Source of the DNA: a virus
IMG/VR virus record: IMGVR_UViG_3300032304_000900
Span: 1-64,000 of that record
Reading direction: 5' to 3' (one strand)
DNA length: 64,000 nucleotides
Both the position numbers and the translations under genes were made by a program. The notes beneath the pieces were generated by a model. It was given only the letters and a program-made list of their open reading frames with translations, was not told the origin of the DNA and made no database searches. This document shows positions 36,470 to 46,736 of the stretch, in pieces (position 1 is the first letter of the stretch; every line of letters starts with the position of its first letter).

Positions 36470-39400
36470 TATGCAGTAGCGATAATTCTTAGATCTTTAA
36501 TCCTTGGCACAAATGCTGGGTTTCTAGATCTCATAACAATCTTAATAATTGCTGTATTAAATGAAGATAAATTATCAACAGTAAATGAATGGTCAATAAA
36601 TTCTTCAATATTATCTGTAGTAGTTAACTGTCCTCTACTTGTCAATGTTGGATTGTTTCCACCATAATTAGATTGATCACCACTTACAACAATATCAGGA
36701 AGAATTCTAAAGAATAAGTCATCTTCAATTGATGCTTGATCTTTTTGGTTTACATCAGTAAACGAATGCGATTCTTGAACAGCTGTTGCTGTAATATTTA
36801 TCGGAGTAAATCCAGGAGTTGCTCTTCCTATCTCAATAGCATTTTGATATGTGGTTGCTAATTTAATTGAGGTCGTAGTAACTACAACTGCATAATAAAC
36901 AGTCCCTGTTCTTAAATTAGTAATAGTATTAGAACCAGCATTATAAAGTACAGCAGAGCCAGTATTCAAATTATGTGCAATTGGAAAATATATAATTTCA
37001 TTTGTACTGTCAACACCATATGGATTTGTAACCGCATTGTATTCATTTGAACTAAAAGACAATGCTGCTGATGATGTAGCATTTCCAGCATTTGATGTTT
37101 TAGCGTAAACTTCAACTTCTGCATTTGGTGGTGAGGTAAATGTCAACAAATTAGTTGGCGTTCTTGTACTTAATGTTGGTTCTACAAGACCAGTTACTGC
37201 TTGATTTAATTTTATTACAGGATTGAAGAATGTAATAATATTATTGTTTTGGTTAAAGTAGAATGAGCTACTGAAACCAATAGATGACCATTCATCAGCT
37301 GCGCTCAATTTTTCAAGAACAATAGACTTAGCATCAAGATTTATTCTCAACACACGACGAATAGTTGCAGGAGACCAACCGAATGTGCCATCATTCGAGT
37401 TGTAGAACTTAATATAGCAGTACATACCCAACTTAATGTCAGAAAGATTATCAACAAAAACTGTCATATTGTTAGTTGTTGGGTCAATACCACCAGTAGT
37501 TGTGTTTGTTAATGTTATTGGATTATCCGCTGATGCTTGAACGAAAGAACCTGTAGCATACGAACCAACTTTCTTAGTAAAGTATGTATTTTTTGGAGCA
37601 GATGTTACATATGTTCCAGATGGTATTGGCGATCCTGCTCCACTATATGTAACATAATCACCAACATCAATTTGTTTAGTTTTATTTGACTGTGTAATAT
37701 CAAACGCAGTAAAGAAATAAACAGAACCAGATGTTGATGATGGGATTGTTGCCTTTAATGATTTGTCTATTGTTACAATTAAACCAGCGATACCATTAAC
37801 ACGTGTTCCTTCTTGAATTCCTGGTCCATAAACATACATACCATCGACGATATTGGTTACTGCTACAAATTCGATAGCAGTTGTACCGATTGGGTATGAT
37901 GTGGAAATTTTACTTCTTTGAACTATAATCGCTGGATGCTCAGAAGTTCTTGAGCCAGACTGGAATTTAATTGGTAATGTTACAGTTGGTGTGCTCTTAT
38001 CAACACGGCAGTTAGAAGGAATAGAAGCAGCAAATTGAACCTTCAGTAACTTAGATGTATTTTTAAATTGAAGTTTGCGTGTAATATAACCCATCTGTAC
38101 GCCACCTTCTTTATTGTCGTATTCAGAGTTATAAATTTCTGCACCATCAAAACCACCAGTAGCTGAAAAATAGTTACTGTTGATGCTCTTAGTTGTTAGT
38201 GGATCATCAATACGGTTTTGTGTAACGATTGCCATTGCGCGATCTAAGTCGATTACTGGAGATAAAAACTTAGTTGACGATTGCAATTGAACACGCATTT
38301 CAAACGAAGAAGCACGATCTAATAAATCTGCTTCATTTTGTTTATTTAAAATAACACGTTGCGAATTAAAATAATTATTATCATTTAAAACAATATTTGT
38401 CCAATTATCATCTTTCTGATATGGTGTTTCAGATCCAGTTGGGCTGCGACCAGATGTTGTTTTAACTTGCGCATTTACAGCAGTTGATTGGAAATTTAAT
38501 ACTTCAAGCACTGGATGCAATGTAGTAAATTGCGCATTTCTTGTAGCAAAAATTTGATCGCCACCAAATTGACCTGATGATGTAGCAAGTTTTGCAACAG
38601 GTCCATCGTAAATGCGAATACTGTATAAGTCATGACTATACACTTTGTAAACTTCATGTTTAACTAAGTTACCAGTTGACACAAATGTAGATGTTCTAAT
38701 ATCAAATTGATTTCTAGTAAATGTTTCACTATTAAAATCAGTATTATTAAATCCAAATTGATCTGAACCAGTTACATTTCTATAAGAAACAAATGAACCA
38801 GTAGACATACCATGATTTGGGTGACGCACAATAATTTCGCTTGTTCCTAATTTTGCACGGAATGGGTTTAATGCGAGTGATGTAAATCTTGTAGCTCTTC
38901 CAGCATTAGATGCTGGTAATACATCACCAGCTGTGAATGTTAAATAATTACCAGTTGTGGTAGTTCCTCCAAGATCTGTAGAACCTGATGTTGTATTAAA
39001 TACAGCACGGAAAATGTTACACTTTAAATCTTGTGTTGGTGATTCTGTCCAAGTTGATGCATTTTGAGATTTAAATAAAGAACCAAGAGAAGGACTTTTT
39101 AAAACTCTTCCTAATCTTGCTGGCGAAACATCAGTTCTATCTAATGTCGCACACCACAATCTGTGTTGTGTAGACGCAGCTATTACAATAAGAGCGTATA
39201 ATGTATCATTCTTAACATGAACAGGTGCAGGGAATCTAACTACTGTTCCAACACTTGCATCTCTAGACGTCAATATATCTGCTGGATAAACAACTTTTTG
39301 TCCAAATGGAAGAACAGTAGTTGTTGGAAATCCAGATTGTGTTGTGCGAATTTCAACTACGACTGGGGTAGTGGTATCTTTTGATTCAAAGAACAACTCT

Positions 39401-42400
39401 ACTTCTGTTAAGAAACACCCCTCAGGATTTGAACTGTCTTGCGCAGTAACCATAAATGTTTGCGCCAATGGATCATTACCACCACCTCCACCATCTCCAG
39501 CTGGTGCTGGGGGAGGATCAGGTTCGAAAGTGAAAGTTGTTGTTGACGATAGTTGTTGTATAAATGATCTATTTCTTTGTACGGGACCAGAACCAATAGA
39601 TGCATTACGAACGCCAATTATACCACCTTGAGTAGCATCTATAATACCAACAGCAGCATATACGCCTTCTGCATATGTCGTTCTTGCTGTTGGAGAATTG
39701 GTTGTTGAGTCTGATAACATAAACACACGACGACCAGTCAAAAATCTTGGTGACGCACGATTGTTAATAACCTGACCAGATGTTAAGTGCCAAACACCAG
39801 CACAGCGACCAGTTCCTGTTGTTACTAAAACACCAGGAGCAGCTGCTTCAATATGATTTGAACCACGCAATTGCAATGTTAATACACCACCATTTAATTT
39901 AGTGCTTCTGATTGTACCAAGAATTGTTTCACCAGCTCTGAATGATCCACGAACATTAATTACATGTAGTGTATCTAAAACACCATCTGGTTGACCAGTT
40001 GATGCGTTTGTGGATTGTTCATGTAAAATAACAATAGCAGTAGCACCTGATGTTTGGCCACGAATAATTTCTCCTTTAGTAAACGCAGTAACTTCTGAGT
40101 TTGGTGCAATAAGCGCACGAGCAGTATCGTTTAATGATTGAGAAATTGTTAAAGATGTTGGTTGTGTTTGAGTGCCACTAAAAATGGTAGTAAAGATACT
40201 TGTAAAAGATGCAAGTTCGTTTGCTAACGAACCCATAAATGTTCTTTCATAATTTGATGCACTACCTGCTTCAATAGCATCAGTATTATATGTTAAAAAC
40301 ACTTGTCTTTCTGTGTTTGTTGCACCAAATTGATATGGCACCTCTGCATAGTTAAATCTTCTGGTAGCAAGAAATAGTCTTGTTGCTTGTGTGCAGTAAT
40401 CTGTTACATTAGTCTCATCACAAAAACCATAAACACGTGTTCCTGCTCTCATCGCAGAACCAACAAATACAACAGGACGTGAGCGAATGTAAGAAATAGA
40501 TTGTCTTGCTGTCAATCTTCCTTTAACTTCAGTTAGACCAACACTTTCATTGAGTGAAGTTTGTGTTCCTCTTCCAGTCTCATTAACTTGTTGTGTAACA
40601 ACTGAAGTTGTTGATGTCCATGTTCCTCCAGCATCTCTCCAACTAGCACTAGAAACAGTTGTTATTGGACGACCGAGTGATGATACTTGCCAATTATTCC
40701 AAATTGTTCCGAAATCAATACCAAGCGCATCAGCCTGCGCAGCGACGCTATCATATGTTCCACCTTCATTGATTACAAGTTCTTGTGGGATGTTTGTCTC
40801 AACCCAAGAATCTGTAGATGGATATAATGCTACAACACCAGTTCCTGCAGGTTGAGTGAGAGAAGTGATCGTGGTAAATTCTGTAGCATATGGTTGCTCC
40901 ATAATTATTAAATCATTGTTTTCACGAATTAACGCTTCTTTTCTAGATCTTTCTGCAGCAGTAGCATTATTACCTTTATTAGTAATAGATTGAATTTCGT
41001 TTTTATTTTTGTAATAAAACTCCACACCAGTAAAATATGGTAGAGTTACAATGTTTCCCTCATGTATACGATACCCAGCAGCGTTACGTTCTTGAGCTGT
41101 TCTTGCTACTTCATATAAATCAACACCAGTTGTATTAAACGCTGGTCGTAAAACACGTTCAATAATATCAATGGAGCACTCATAATCTGGATCTAATACG
41201 TTACCTACTCTATGTCCTGTGAAATTATCTACAATAAATCCATTTTTAAATCTATCTAAACCATCTTGATCTTTAATAGAAAATTGTGCTGTTTCTTTCT
41301 CGAGAGCATTTAATGTTACTGTTTGTTCAAGATTGCTAATTCGTTTTTCTAACTTAGCAATATCTTTCATTGTAAATCTGCGATTATCAATTGGCTTAAT
41401 AATAATATTACTAGAGTTTGCTCTGTAAGTATATGGTTTGTATTCAATGTCGAACAGATGCATTGTATCATCTGGAGTTTGTGGTAACTGTGGATTATCA
41501 GAAGAAACACCTTGAATTAAATTAAAACCACCAGTTTTACTTAAAACAATTTTATCTTTTCTTGGTAGATAATACGCGAAGTCACATTGAAGACCATAAA
41601 GACGTTGTGGTAAAGATGTTAATGACGCTGTTCCACCATCGAATGTTCCACCATCATTAACACGTGGACGGAAATCCAGAACATCACGCAAACCTGTAGT
41701 TCTTCCTGTAATTTTACTAAAGAAATTTGGAATTTCTTCGTATAACAAATCAGGATATGAGTCAGCAGAAAAATAATCGCCAGAAGAGTGTTCAAAATAC
41801 TCAAATGTTACACGAATTGGACCTGTTGGGAAAGGTACTGATTTACCTTTAATCAAACGACCTAAGTCATAGTGCGTATCACGCTGACCATTATCGAACT
41901 CATAATTACTTGTAATGTCAATACCAGAACCAGTAAGCAATCCAGAGATATCATTACCAAAAATTACATTTGGAAACATTTCTACTCTTAATACACGATA
42001 GATGTCAGCTTTATTAATGTTAATAATATCAAGTTCTACTGTTGTTTGTAGTGTTAAATCTAAAGTAGCAGACACAAGAGATTTAACTTTTTCTTTTGCA
42101 TTAATCAGACGTTTTAAAACTGGAGCATATATTGTATATGAATCGTTTTGTAAATTAGCAATTGCGCCAGCACGACTTGAAGATGCAACTAATCTAATAA
42201 TTGCTGTATTTGATGTTGTTAATGTTACATCAAATACAGTCATTGCTTCACCAGTTGTATTGTTGATAACAATAAATGCATTTGGTGTTGTAATTTGTAG
42301 TTGATCTGGATCTGGAACTGATAAATTAATACTTACAAATGTTGTTCCAGCATCACCAGAAGCAGTATACTTCTCTAGTGTTGTATATGTTGTATTGTTA

Positions 42401-44673
42401 TCTTGTAAAGTTTCACCACCACGAATTGTGTAAATATCCCTTTTTGGCATTGCAAACAAAGAATCAAAATCTTCTGGAAGTTGATATACGCAATCTGCTC
42501 TGTTTAATGGACCAGACAATGTAAAGTTTGACCAAGTAGTAACTTTAGCAGCACGATCTGAACCTTGTAAATCGCGAACAAAGAAAAATTGTGTTGGGGA
42601 ATTTGGAAACCAAACCATGTCACCAGCTGTTAGGGTTGATCCAGAAATCCATTTAGTTCCAAGACCAGCTAAATCAACATTGTTATTTCCTGTTGTGGCA
42701 ACTGTAGACTGACCAACGATTGTTGAATTATAAGTTGTTGGTAACACTAATGCACGGAAACACTGTGCATCTCCACCAGCTGATGTTGAACCAACACTTA
42801 ATGGTGATCCGATAACACGAACTTTACGGAAATCTTCTCCTGGATTCATCTGAACATCCATTAGAGAAATTTTAGCAGTAGCACGTCCATTTAAAGTTTG
42901 TCCACCTTCCATATAACGAATACGAGCAGTACCAACTCTTGATGTTGTTAAATATGTGCCATAGCTGTTAGCAGCACCACCAGAAGATGCAAAAGAATTT
43001 AATGCAACTGGAAATGTAGTTGTTGTAACATTGGATGCTAATAATTTTGCAACTTGATATTCAGTGATTGAAGTAGCTGATGCTTGTGTATGAACAACTG
43101 CATAAGTTAATTTTGCTACTGCATTGTTTGGTGTGGCAGTACCAGATCCATCTGCTGCAGCAGTCATCGTTCCAAGTGTTTGTGATGTTGTTGGTGGGGT
43201 ATCGACTTTAAATAAATCAACAATTTGATAACCATCAATATCAGGAACACCAAATGGAATAACATCAATTAAATTCCCTAAACCAATTGGAATTCCCGTA
43301 TTTGTTATTCTAGCAAAATCTCTTGCCTTTGGTGCTTCAATATAACGAACACCACTAGTTTCGTATTCAAATCCTTTAACGAATGCTTTACCATCTTTTA
43401 CACCAAATGCGATTTTATCTGTATCACCACCCTCGGAATCGCTGTAAAGTCCATAATCATATTTGGCTTCTGGGGTATATCTCCAGCGAACGCCACCATC
43501 ACTAACTGCTCCTGATGAGTGTGTTGGTGCGCTTGTACCAGAAACACCATTGTCCAAACATACATAATAGTTAATTGCGTTTGTTGTTGGATTTGTATAA
43601 AAAACCACATCACCAACTTGATAATTTGTAATACCTGTCCATGACCCTTGGTCTGAATCTCTATGTTCTTTAACTTCAATTTCAAATGGTCGAACAGTAT
43701 AGTCGCCCGATTCATCATATGTTCTACGAGCAAGTAATGTTTCTAAATATGAAAGATTTGTGCCTTTTGCTGAATATTCTAAAATACCACGACGAAGTGT
43801 CAATAATAAAATAAAATTTTCTGATTCAAACCCGATTTCTTTTTTATTTAATACGAGTTCAACTTTATAACGATGGGCACCTGGAGCTGTATAATTTGGT
43901 GCGCCAGTCGCATTATCTAATAAAGAGCTATCTTCTTCTGGCGTAACAATTGTTTCTACAATATCTAATCCAACCATGCAAGTTGGTTCATTACTGTATT
44001 TCGCCAACGAAATTTTTTGCGCATTAACTTTAACAAATGCCCCATCGACATAAAAAATACCAGTTTCAAGAACAGCAATAGTTGCTTTTTCTTGATAGTC
44101 AGAAGAATTTTGAATACGAACACGATAAGAACCAACAGAAGCAGTTGTTACTTCACCACTAATTGGATTTGTGTATGTTGGATTTGATTCTACTTCCACA
44201 TTTTGGTCGTTGACAGTTTTAACTGGAACAACTGTAAATGTTAAAATTTCATTCTGAGCAAATTCACGTTCGCCATTGAATCCTTCAGAAAGATAATTGA
44301 TGTAAAGTAATGCTGGGTCACCAACTGATGTAGATGGTTCACAAAGAATAATAACAGCACGAACACCTGTTGTTTCTCCGACTACTGTAACTCCATCAAC
44401 TGCTCTAATAAAAGTATCTAAGTTTACACCACTATCGACTTCTAATGGTTCAAGTTTAATAGAAGCACAGCCAGCAAAAGTGGTAGCTCCAGGAATGACT
44501 CTAGACTTATTTTGAAAAATATAGTCGCCGATTCTCTGAACTTGTTTTTGTAAAATTGTTTGGGCTTGTGTTAATTCACGTGCTTGTAGTGAATATCCAG
44601 GACGAAACAAAATACGAAGGAATTTTTTATCCTCAGCATAATCATCGTAGTATGGAGCTACATTAAAATTCAT
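36469..44673 (-). CDS. giant baseplate/fibre-associated structural protein, DUF4815 (VrlC-like), 2734 aa
   Basis: FNVAPYYDDY...ILFRPG..LQARELTQ.Q, APGAHRYK, LARRTYDESGDY, DRFKNGFIVDNF, DPLAQTF, PRIKDLRIIA. Confidence 0.85.
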   Translation of the reverse strand: MNFNVAPYYDDYAEDKKFLRILFRPGYSLQARELTQAQTILQKQVQRIGDYIFQNKSRVIPGATTFAGCASIKLEPLEVDSGVNLDTFIRAVDGVTVVGETTGVRAVIILCEPSTSVGDPALLYINYLSEGFNGEREFAQNEILTFTVVPVKTVNDQNVEVESNPTYTNPISGEVTTASVGSYRVRIQNSSDYQEKATIAVLETGIFYVDGAFVKVNAQKISLAKYSNEPTCMVGLDIVETIVTPEEDSSLLDNATGAPNYTAPGAHRYKVELVLNKKEIGFESENFILLLTLRRGILEYSAKGTNLSYLETLLARRTYDESGDYTVRPFEIEVKEHRDSDQGSWTGITNYQVGDVVFYTNPTTNAINYYVCLDNGVSGTSAPTHSSGAVSDGGVRWRYTPEAKYDYGLYSDSEGGDTDKIAFGVKDGKAFVKGFEYETSGVRYIEAPKARDFARITNTGIPIGLGNLIDVIPFGVPDIDGYQIVDLFKVDTPPTTSQTLGTMTAAADGSGTATPNNAVAKLTYAVVHTQASATSITEYQVAKLLASNVTTTTFPVALNSFASSGGAANSYGTYLTTSRVGTARIRYMEGGQTLNGRATAKISLMDVQMNPGEDFRKVRVIGSPLSVGSTSAGGDAQCFRALVLPTTYNSTIVGQSTVATTGNNNVDLAGLGTKWISGSTLTAGDMVWFPNSPTQFFFVRDLQGSDRAAKVTTWSNFTLSGPLNRADCVYQLPEDFDSLFAMPKRDIYTIRGGETLQDNNTTYTTLEKYTASGDAGTTFVSINLSVPDPDQLQITTPNAFIVINNTTGEAMTVFDVTLTTSNTAIIRLVASSSRAGAIANLQNDSYTIYAPVLKRLINAKEKVKSLVSATLDLTLQTTVELDIININKADIYRVLRVEMFPNVIFGNDISGLLTGSGIDITSNYEFDNGQRDTHYDLGRLIKGKSVPFPTGPIRVTFEYFEHSSGDYFSADSYPDLLYEEIPNFFSKITGRTTGLRDVLDFRPRVNDGGTFDGGTASLTSLPQRLYGLQCDFAYYLPRKDKIVLSKTGGFNLIQGVSSDNPQLPQTPDDTMHLFDIEYKPYTYRANSSNIIIKPIDNRRFTMKDIAKLEKRISNLEQTVTLNALEKETAQFSIKDQDGLDRFKNGFIVDNFTGHRVGNVLDPDYECSIDIIERVLRPAFNTTGVDLYEVARTAQERNAAGYRIHEGNIVTLPYFTGVEFYYKNKNEIQSITNKGNNATAAERSRKEALIRENNDLIIMEQPYATEFTTITSLTQPAGTGVVALYPSTDSWVETNIPQELVINEGGTYDSVAAQADALGIDFGTIWNNWQVSSLGRPITTVSSASWRDAGGTWTSTTSVVTQQVNETGRGTQTSLNESVGLTEVKGRLTARQSISYIRSRPVVFVGSAMRAGTRVYGFCDETNVTDYCTQATRLFLATRRFNYAEVPYQFGATNTERQVFLTYNTDAIEAGSASNYERTFMGSLANELASFTSIFTTIFSGTQTQPTSLTISQSLNDTARALIAPNSEVTAFTKGEIIRGQTSGATAIVILHEQSTNASTGQPDGVLDTLHVINVRGSFRAGETILGTIRSTKLNGGVLTLQLRGSNHIEAAAPGVLVTTGTGRCAGVWHLTSGQVINNRASPRFLTGRRVFMLSDSTTNSPTARTTYAEGVYAAVGIIDATQGGIIGVRNASIGSGPVQRNRSFIQQLSSTTTFTFEPDPPPAPAGDGGGGGNDPLAQTFMVTAQDSSNPEGCFLTEVELFFESKDTTTPVVVEIRTTQSGFPTTTVLPFGQKVVYPADILTSRDASVGTVVRFPAPVHVKNDTLYALIVIAASTQHRLWCATLDRTDVSPARLGRVLKSPSLGSLFKSQNASTWTESPTQDLKCNIFRAVFNTTSGSTDLGGTTTTGNYLTFTAGDVLPASNAGRATRFTSLALNPFRAKLGTSEIIVRHPNHGMSTGSFVSYRNVTGSDQFGFNNTDFNSETFTRNQFDIRTSTFVSTGNLVKHEVYKVYSHDLYSIRIYDGPVAKLATSSGQFGGDQIFATRNAQFTTLHPVLEVLNFQSTAVNAQVKTTSGRSPTGSETPYQKDDNWTNIVLNDNNYFNSQRVILNKQNEADLLDRASSFEMRVQLQSSTKFLSPVIDLDRAMAIVTQNRIDDPLTTKSINSNYFSATGGFDGAEIYNSEYDNKEGGVQMGYITRKLQFKNTSKLLKVQFAASIPSNCRVDKSTPTVTLPIKFQSGSRTSEHPAIIVQRSKISTSYPIGTTAIEFVAVTNIVDGMYVYGPGIQEGTRVNGIAGLIVTIDKSLKATIPSSTSGSVYFFTAFDITQSNKTKQIDVGDYVTYSGAGSPIPSGTYVTSAPKNTYFTKKVGSYATGSFVQASADNPITLTNTTTGGIDPTTNNMTVFVDNLSDIKLGMYCYIKFYNSNDGTFGWSPATIRRVLRINLDAKSIVLEKLSAADEWSSIGFSSSFYFNQNNNIITFFNPVIKLNQAVTGLVEPTLSTRTPTNLLTFTSPPNAEVEVYAKTSNAGNATSSAALSFSSNEYNAVTNPYGVDSTNEIIYFPIAHNLNTGSAVLYNAGSNTITNLRTGTVYYAVVVTTTSIKLATTYQNAIEIGRATPGFTPINITATAVQESHSFTDVNQKDQASIEDDLFFRILPDIVVSGDQSNYGGNNPTLTSRGQLTTTDNIEEFIDHSFTVDNLSSFNTAIIKIVMRSRNPAFVPRIKDLRIIATA

Positions 44674-44701
44674 TTATTTTTCTCCGAATGGTAATCTTTT
44701 A

Positions 44702-44709
44702 TATTTATC
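44702..44709 (-). promoter_or_regulatory. late promoter GATAAATA
   Basis: At the gp8 stop, upstream of the DUF4815 RBS. Confidence 0.6.
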
Positions 44710-46735
44710 AAAACTCTAGAACAAATCTAAACTTTTCTCTTACTGTGCTTCTAGTCACAGCATTTCTGTATTCTGTAAAAATTATATTTCCACTGTATTT
44801 TTGAACAGTTGGATTATATACACTATCGCTTCCACTGTATGTTAGTGTATGTGTTGTTCCAGTTCCAGCACCAGTTATATCGATAGCAACCCCAGTGTTA
44901 GCAAGTGTTAAAGATGTTGCTAATTTAATTTCATTTGTAGAAATTCTAATTACATAATATGTATTTCCTGAAACTAAGACGGAACCTGTTGTACTTATAG
45001 CAGTTCCCGCACCAGAACTGTAAACAACTGAATCTCCAGTTTTAAATGGATGTCCTGGAATGGTTAAAATATCAGTTCCAACACCAACAATTCCTAAGGA
45101 ACTTCCATTAAACGATACGTATGGTCCAACATATAATGACGCTGCATTATCTGTTCTTGTTAATAAATTGCCCGAAGTAATTGGATTATTTTCTATCAAT
45201 TGTTCTGTCGTTTGCAGCATTCCAACATATTTCTGAACTACAGTTTGCGTCAATGTATGACCAAGACCAATTCCAGGTGTAATTGATATAGCACTTCCTA
45301 GTGTTGCATTAGCATAACTTGTTGCTAATTTAATTATATCAACACTAATTTTAATTGCATAGTAAGTTTGACCATTAGTTAAACCAACAACAGATGTTCC
45401 ACCATTATTATTATATAACAAGGAATCGCCAGTAATCAGATTATGTCCAACAGAAGTCAATTCATTAGTTGTTCCATTCACAGCAGTTGCTGCGTTAAAT
45501 GATAATGTGTTTACAATAGAAGATGTATTATCTCTAACAGAAACCACAGTAGCAACTGGATTACTCAATCCACTTGTCGCTGTTGTAAGTCTATTAGCAT
45601 AAGAGATAGAACCTGACATAATATTAGTTTTGTATTCTTTAAAGTTTGTTAACAAACTAGATGTTGAAACAGTTGTAGTTCCATAATTGTATGGATTTTC
45701 CAATAATCCAACAACACGATATGTTAGACCAGTGACATCAGAGGTTCCATACTGTGTGGGCGCATTTCCTCTTGTTGTAAAATAATCATCAGTCTCTTCG
45801 TTAGATGCACAAATAAGCAGAAAATTTGGTTCAAATTCTTGTTCTATATTACTAGCGAAACCACCAGTAGGTGCTACAATAATTTTAGCAGTCGCTGCTG
45901 TTGTTGGAGAACCACCAGAAAATGTTACTGTTGCATAAGTATAACCTGTTCCTACACTAGTAATTGGAATATAAACTACACGTCCAGATACAACAACAGG
46001 TGTTCCTAATGTTAGACCAGTGCCATCTCCTTTTACAGTAAGTGATGGGGCTGAAGTATAACCTTCACCACGACTAGTCAAAACAACAGCAGTAGCATTA
46101 CCAGATGCGCCAGCAGTAGCAGCAACACTTGGTAATGGGCAATGACTTGTTGTTAAAAAATTAGATATATCTGTAGAACTTAATTCGCCCATAAACTTCC
46201 ACTTATAACCATCAGCAAGAGTTTGAATATTTGCTGTTGTAAATGTTGGCTTAGTAGTCGATGCTATTGGGTTTCCTGTTGTAGTGCTTCTATTATCAAT
46301 ACAACGATATAATTTAAAAACACCAGCATCATCCACTAAAACTAAGCTGTTTGAACGAGCCAATGATAATGGTTTAGTGTTAGTATATTCACCAGCAAGA
46401 CTTACACCAGTAACTGTTGATCCATCATAATCATCTCTATACATATCATAATATTGCCCATTTACCCAATTTACTCTTCTAAAACCACGCTTTAAGTCAG
46501 CCGATGTTATTTTCTTTAAACCAATAATTCCATCCCAAATTTGTTTTTCAACAATTACTGTATCTTTTGGTGCTGGGGGATTTGTATCATTATTAGAACC
46601 ACCAGGAACTGTTGCCCAAGATACTGGATTTCCAAAATAAAAATATAAAGATGTATCACCATCAGCTATTTGTGCTGCGTAGTTTCCAGCATTTCTTGCT
46701 TTAGTTTTTTGTTTAATAATTGCGTACTGTGGCAT
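44708..46735 (-). CDS. gp8: baseplate wedge subunit (gp8-like) with inserted repeat modules
   Basis: LYFYFG....W...NPPAP.D, RRVNW..G..YDMYRDDY, YRCIDN, DGYKWKFM, KYSGNIIF.E.R....R....EKFRFVLEF. Confidence 0.85.
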   Translation of the reverse strand: MPQYAIIKQKTKARNAGNYAAQIADGDTSLYFYFGNPVSWATVPGGSNNDTNPPAPKDTVIVEKQIWDGIIGLKKITSADLKRGFRRVNWVNGQYYDMYRDDYDGSTVTGVSLAGEYTNTKPLSLARSNSLVLVDDAGVFKLYRCIDNRSTTTGNPIASTTKPTFTTANIQTLADGYKWKFMGELSSTDISNFLTTSHCPLPSVAATAGASGNATAVVLTSRGEGYTSAPSLTVKGDGTGLTLGTPVVVSGRVVYIPITSVGTGYTYATVTFSGGSPTTAATAKIIVAPTGGFASNIEQEFEPNFLLICASNEETDDYFTTRGNAPTQYGTSDVTGLTYRVVGLLENPYNYGTTTVSTSSLLTNFKEYKTNIMSGSISYANRLTTATSGLSNPVATVVSVRDNTSSIVNTLSFNAATAVNGTTNELTSVGHNLITGDSLLYNNNGGTSVVGLTNGQTYYAIKISVDIIKLATSYANATLGSAISITPGIGLGHTLTQTVVQKYVGMLQTTEQLIENNPITSGNLLTRTDNAASLYVGPYVSFNGSSLGIVGVGTDILTIPGHPFKTGDSVVYSSGAGTAISTTGSVLVSGNTYYVIRISTNEIKLATSLTLANTGVAIDITGAGTGTTHTLTYSGSDSVYNPTVQKYSGNIIFTEYRNAVTRSTVREKFRFVLEF

Positions 46736-46736
46736 T

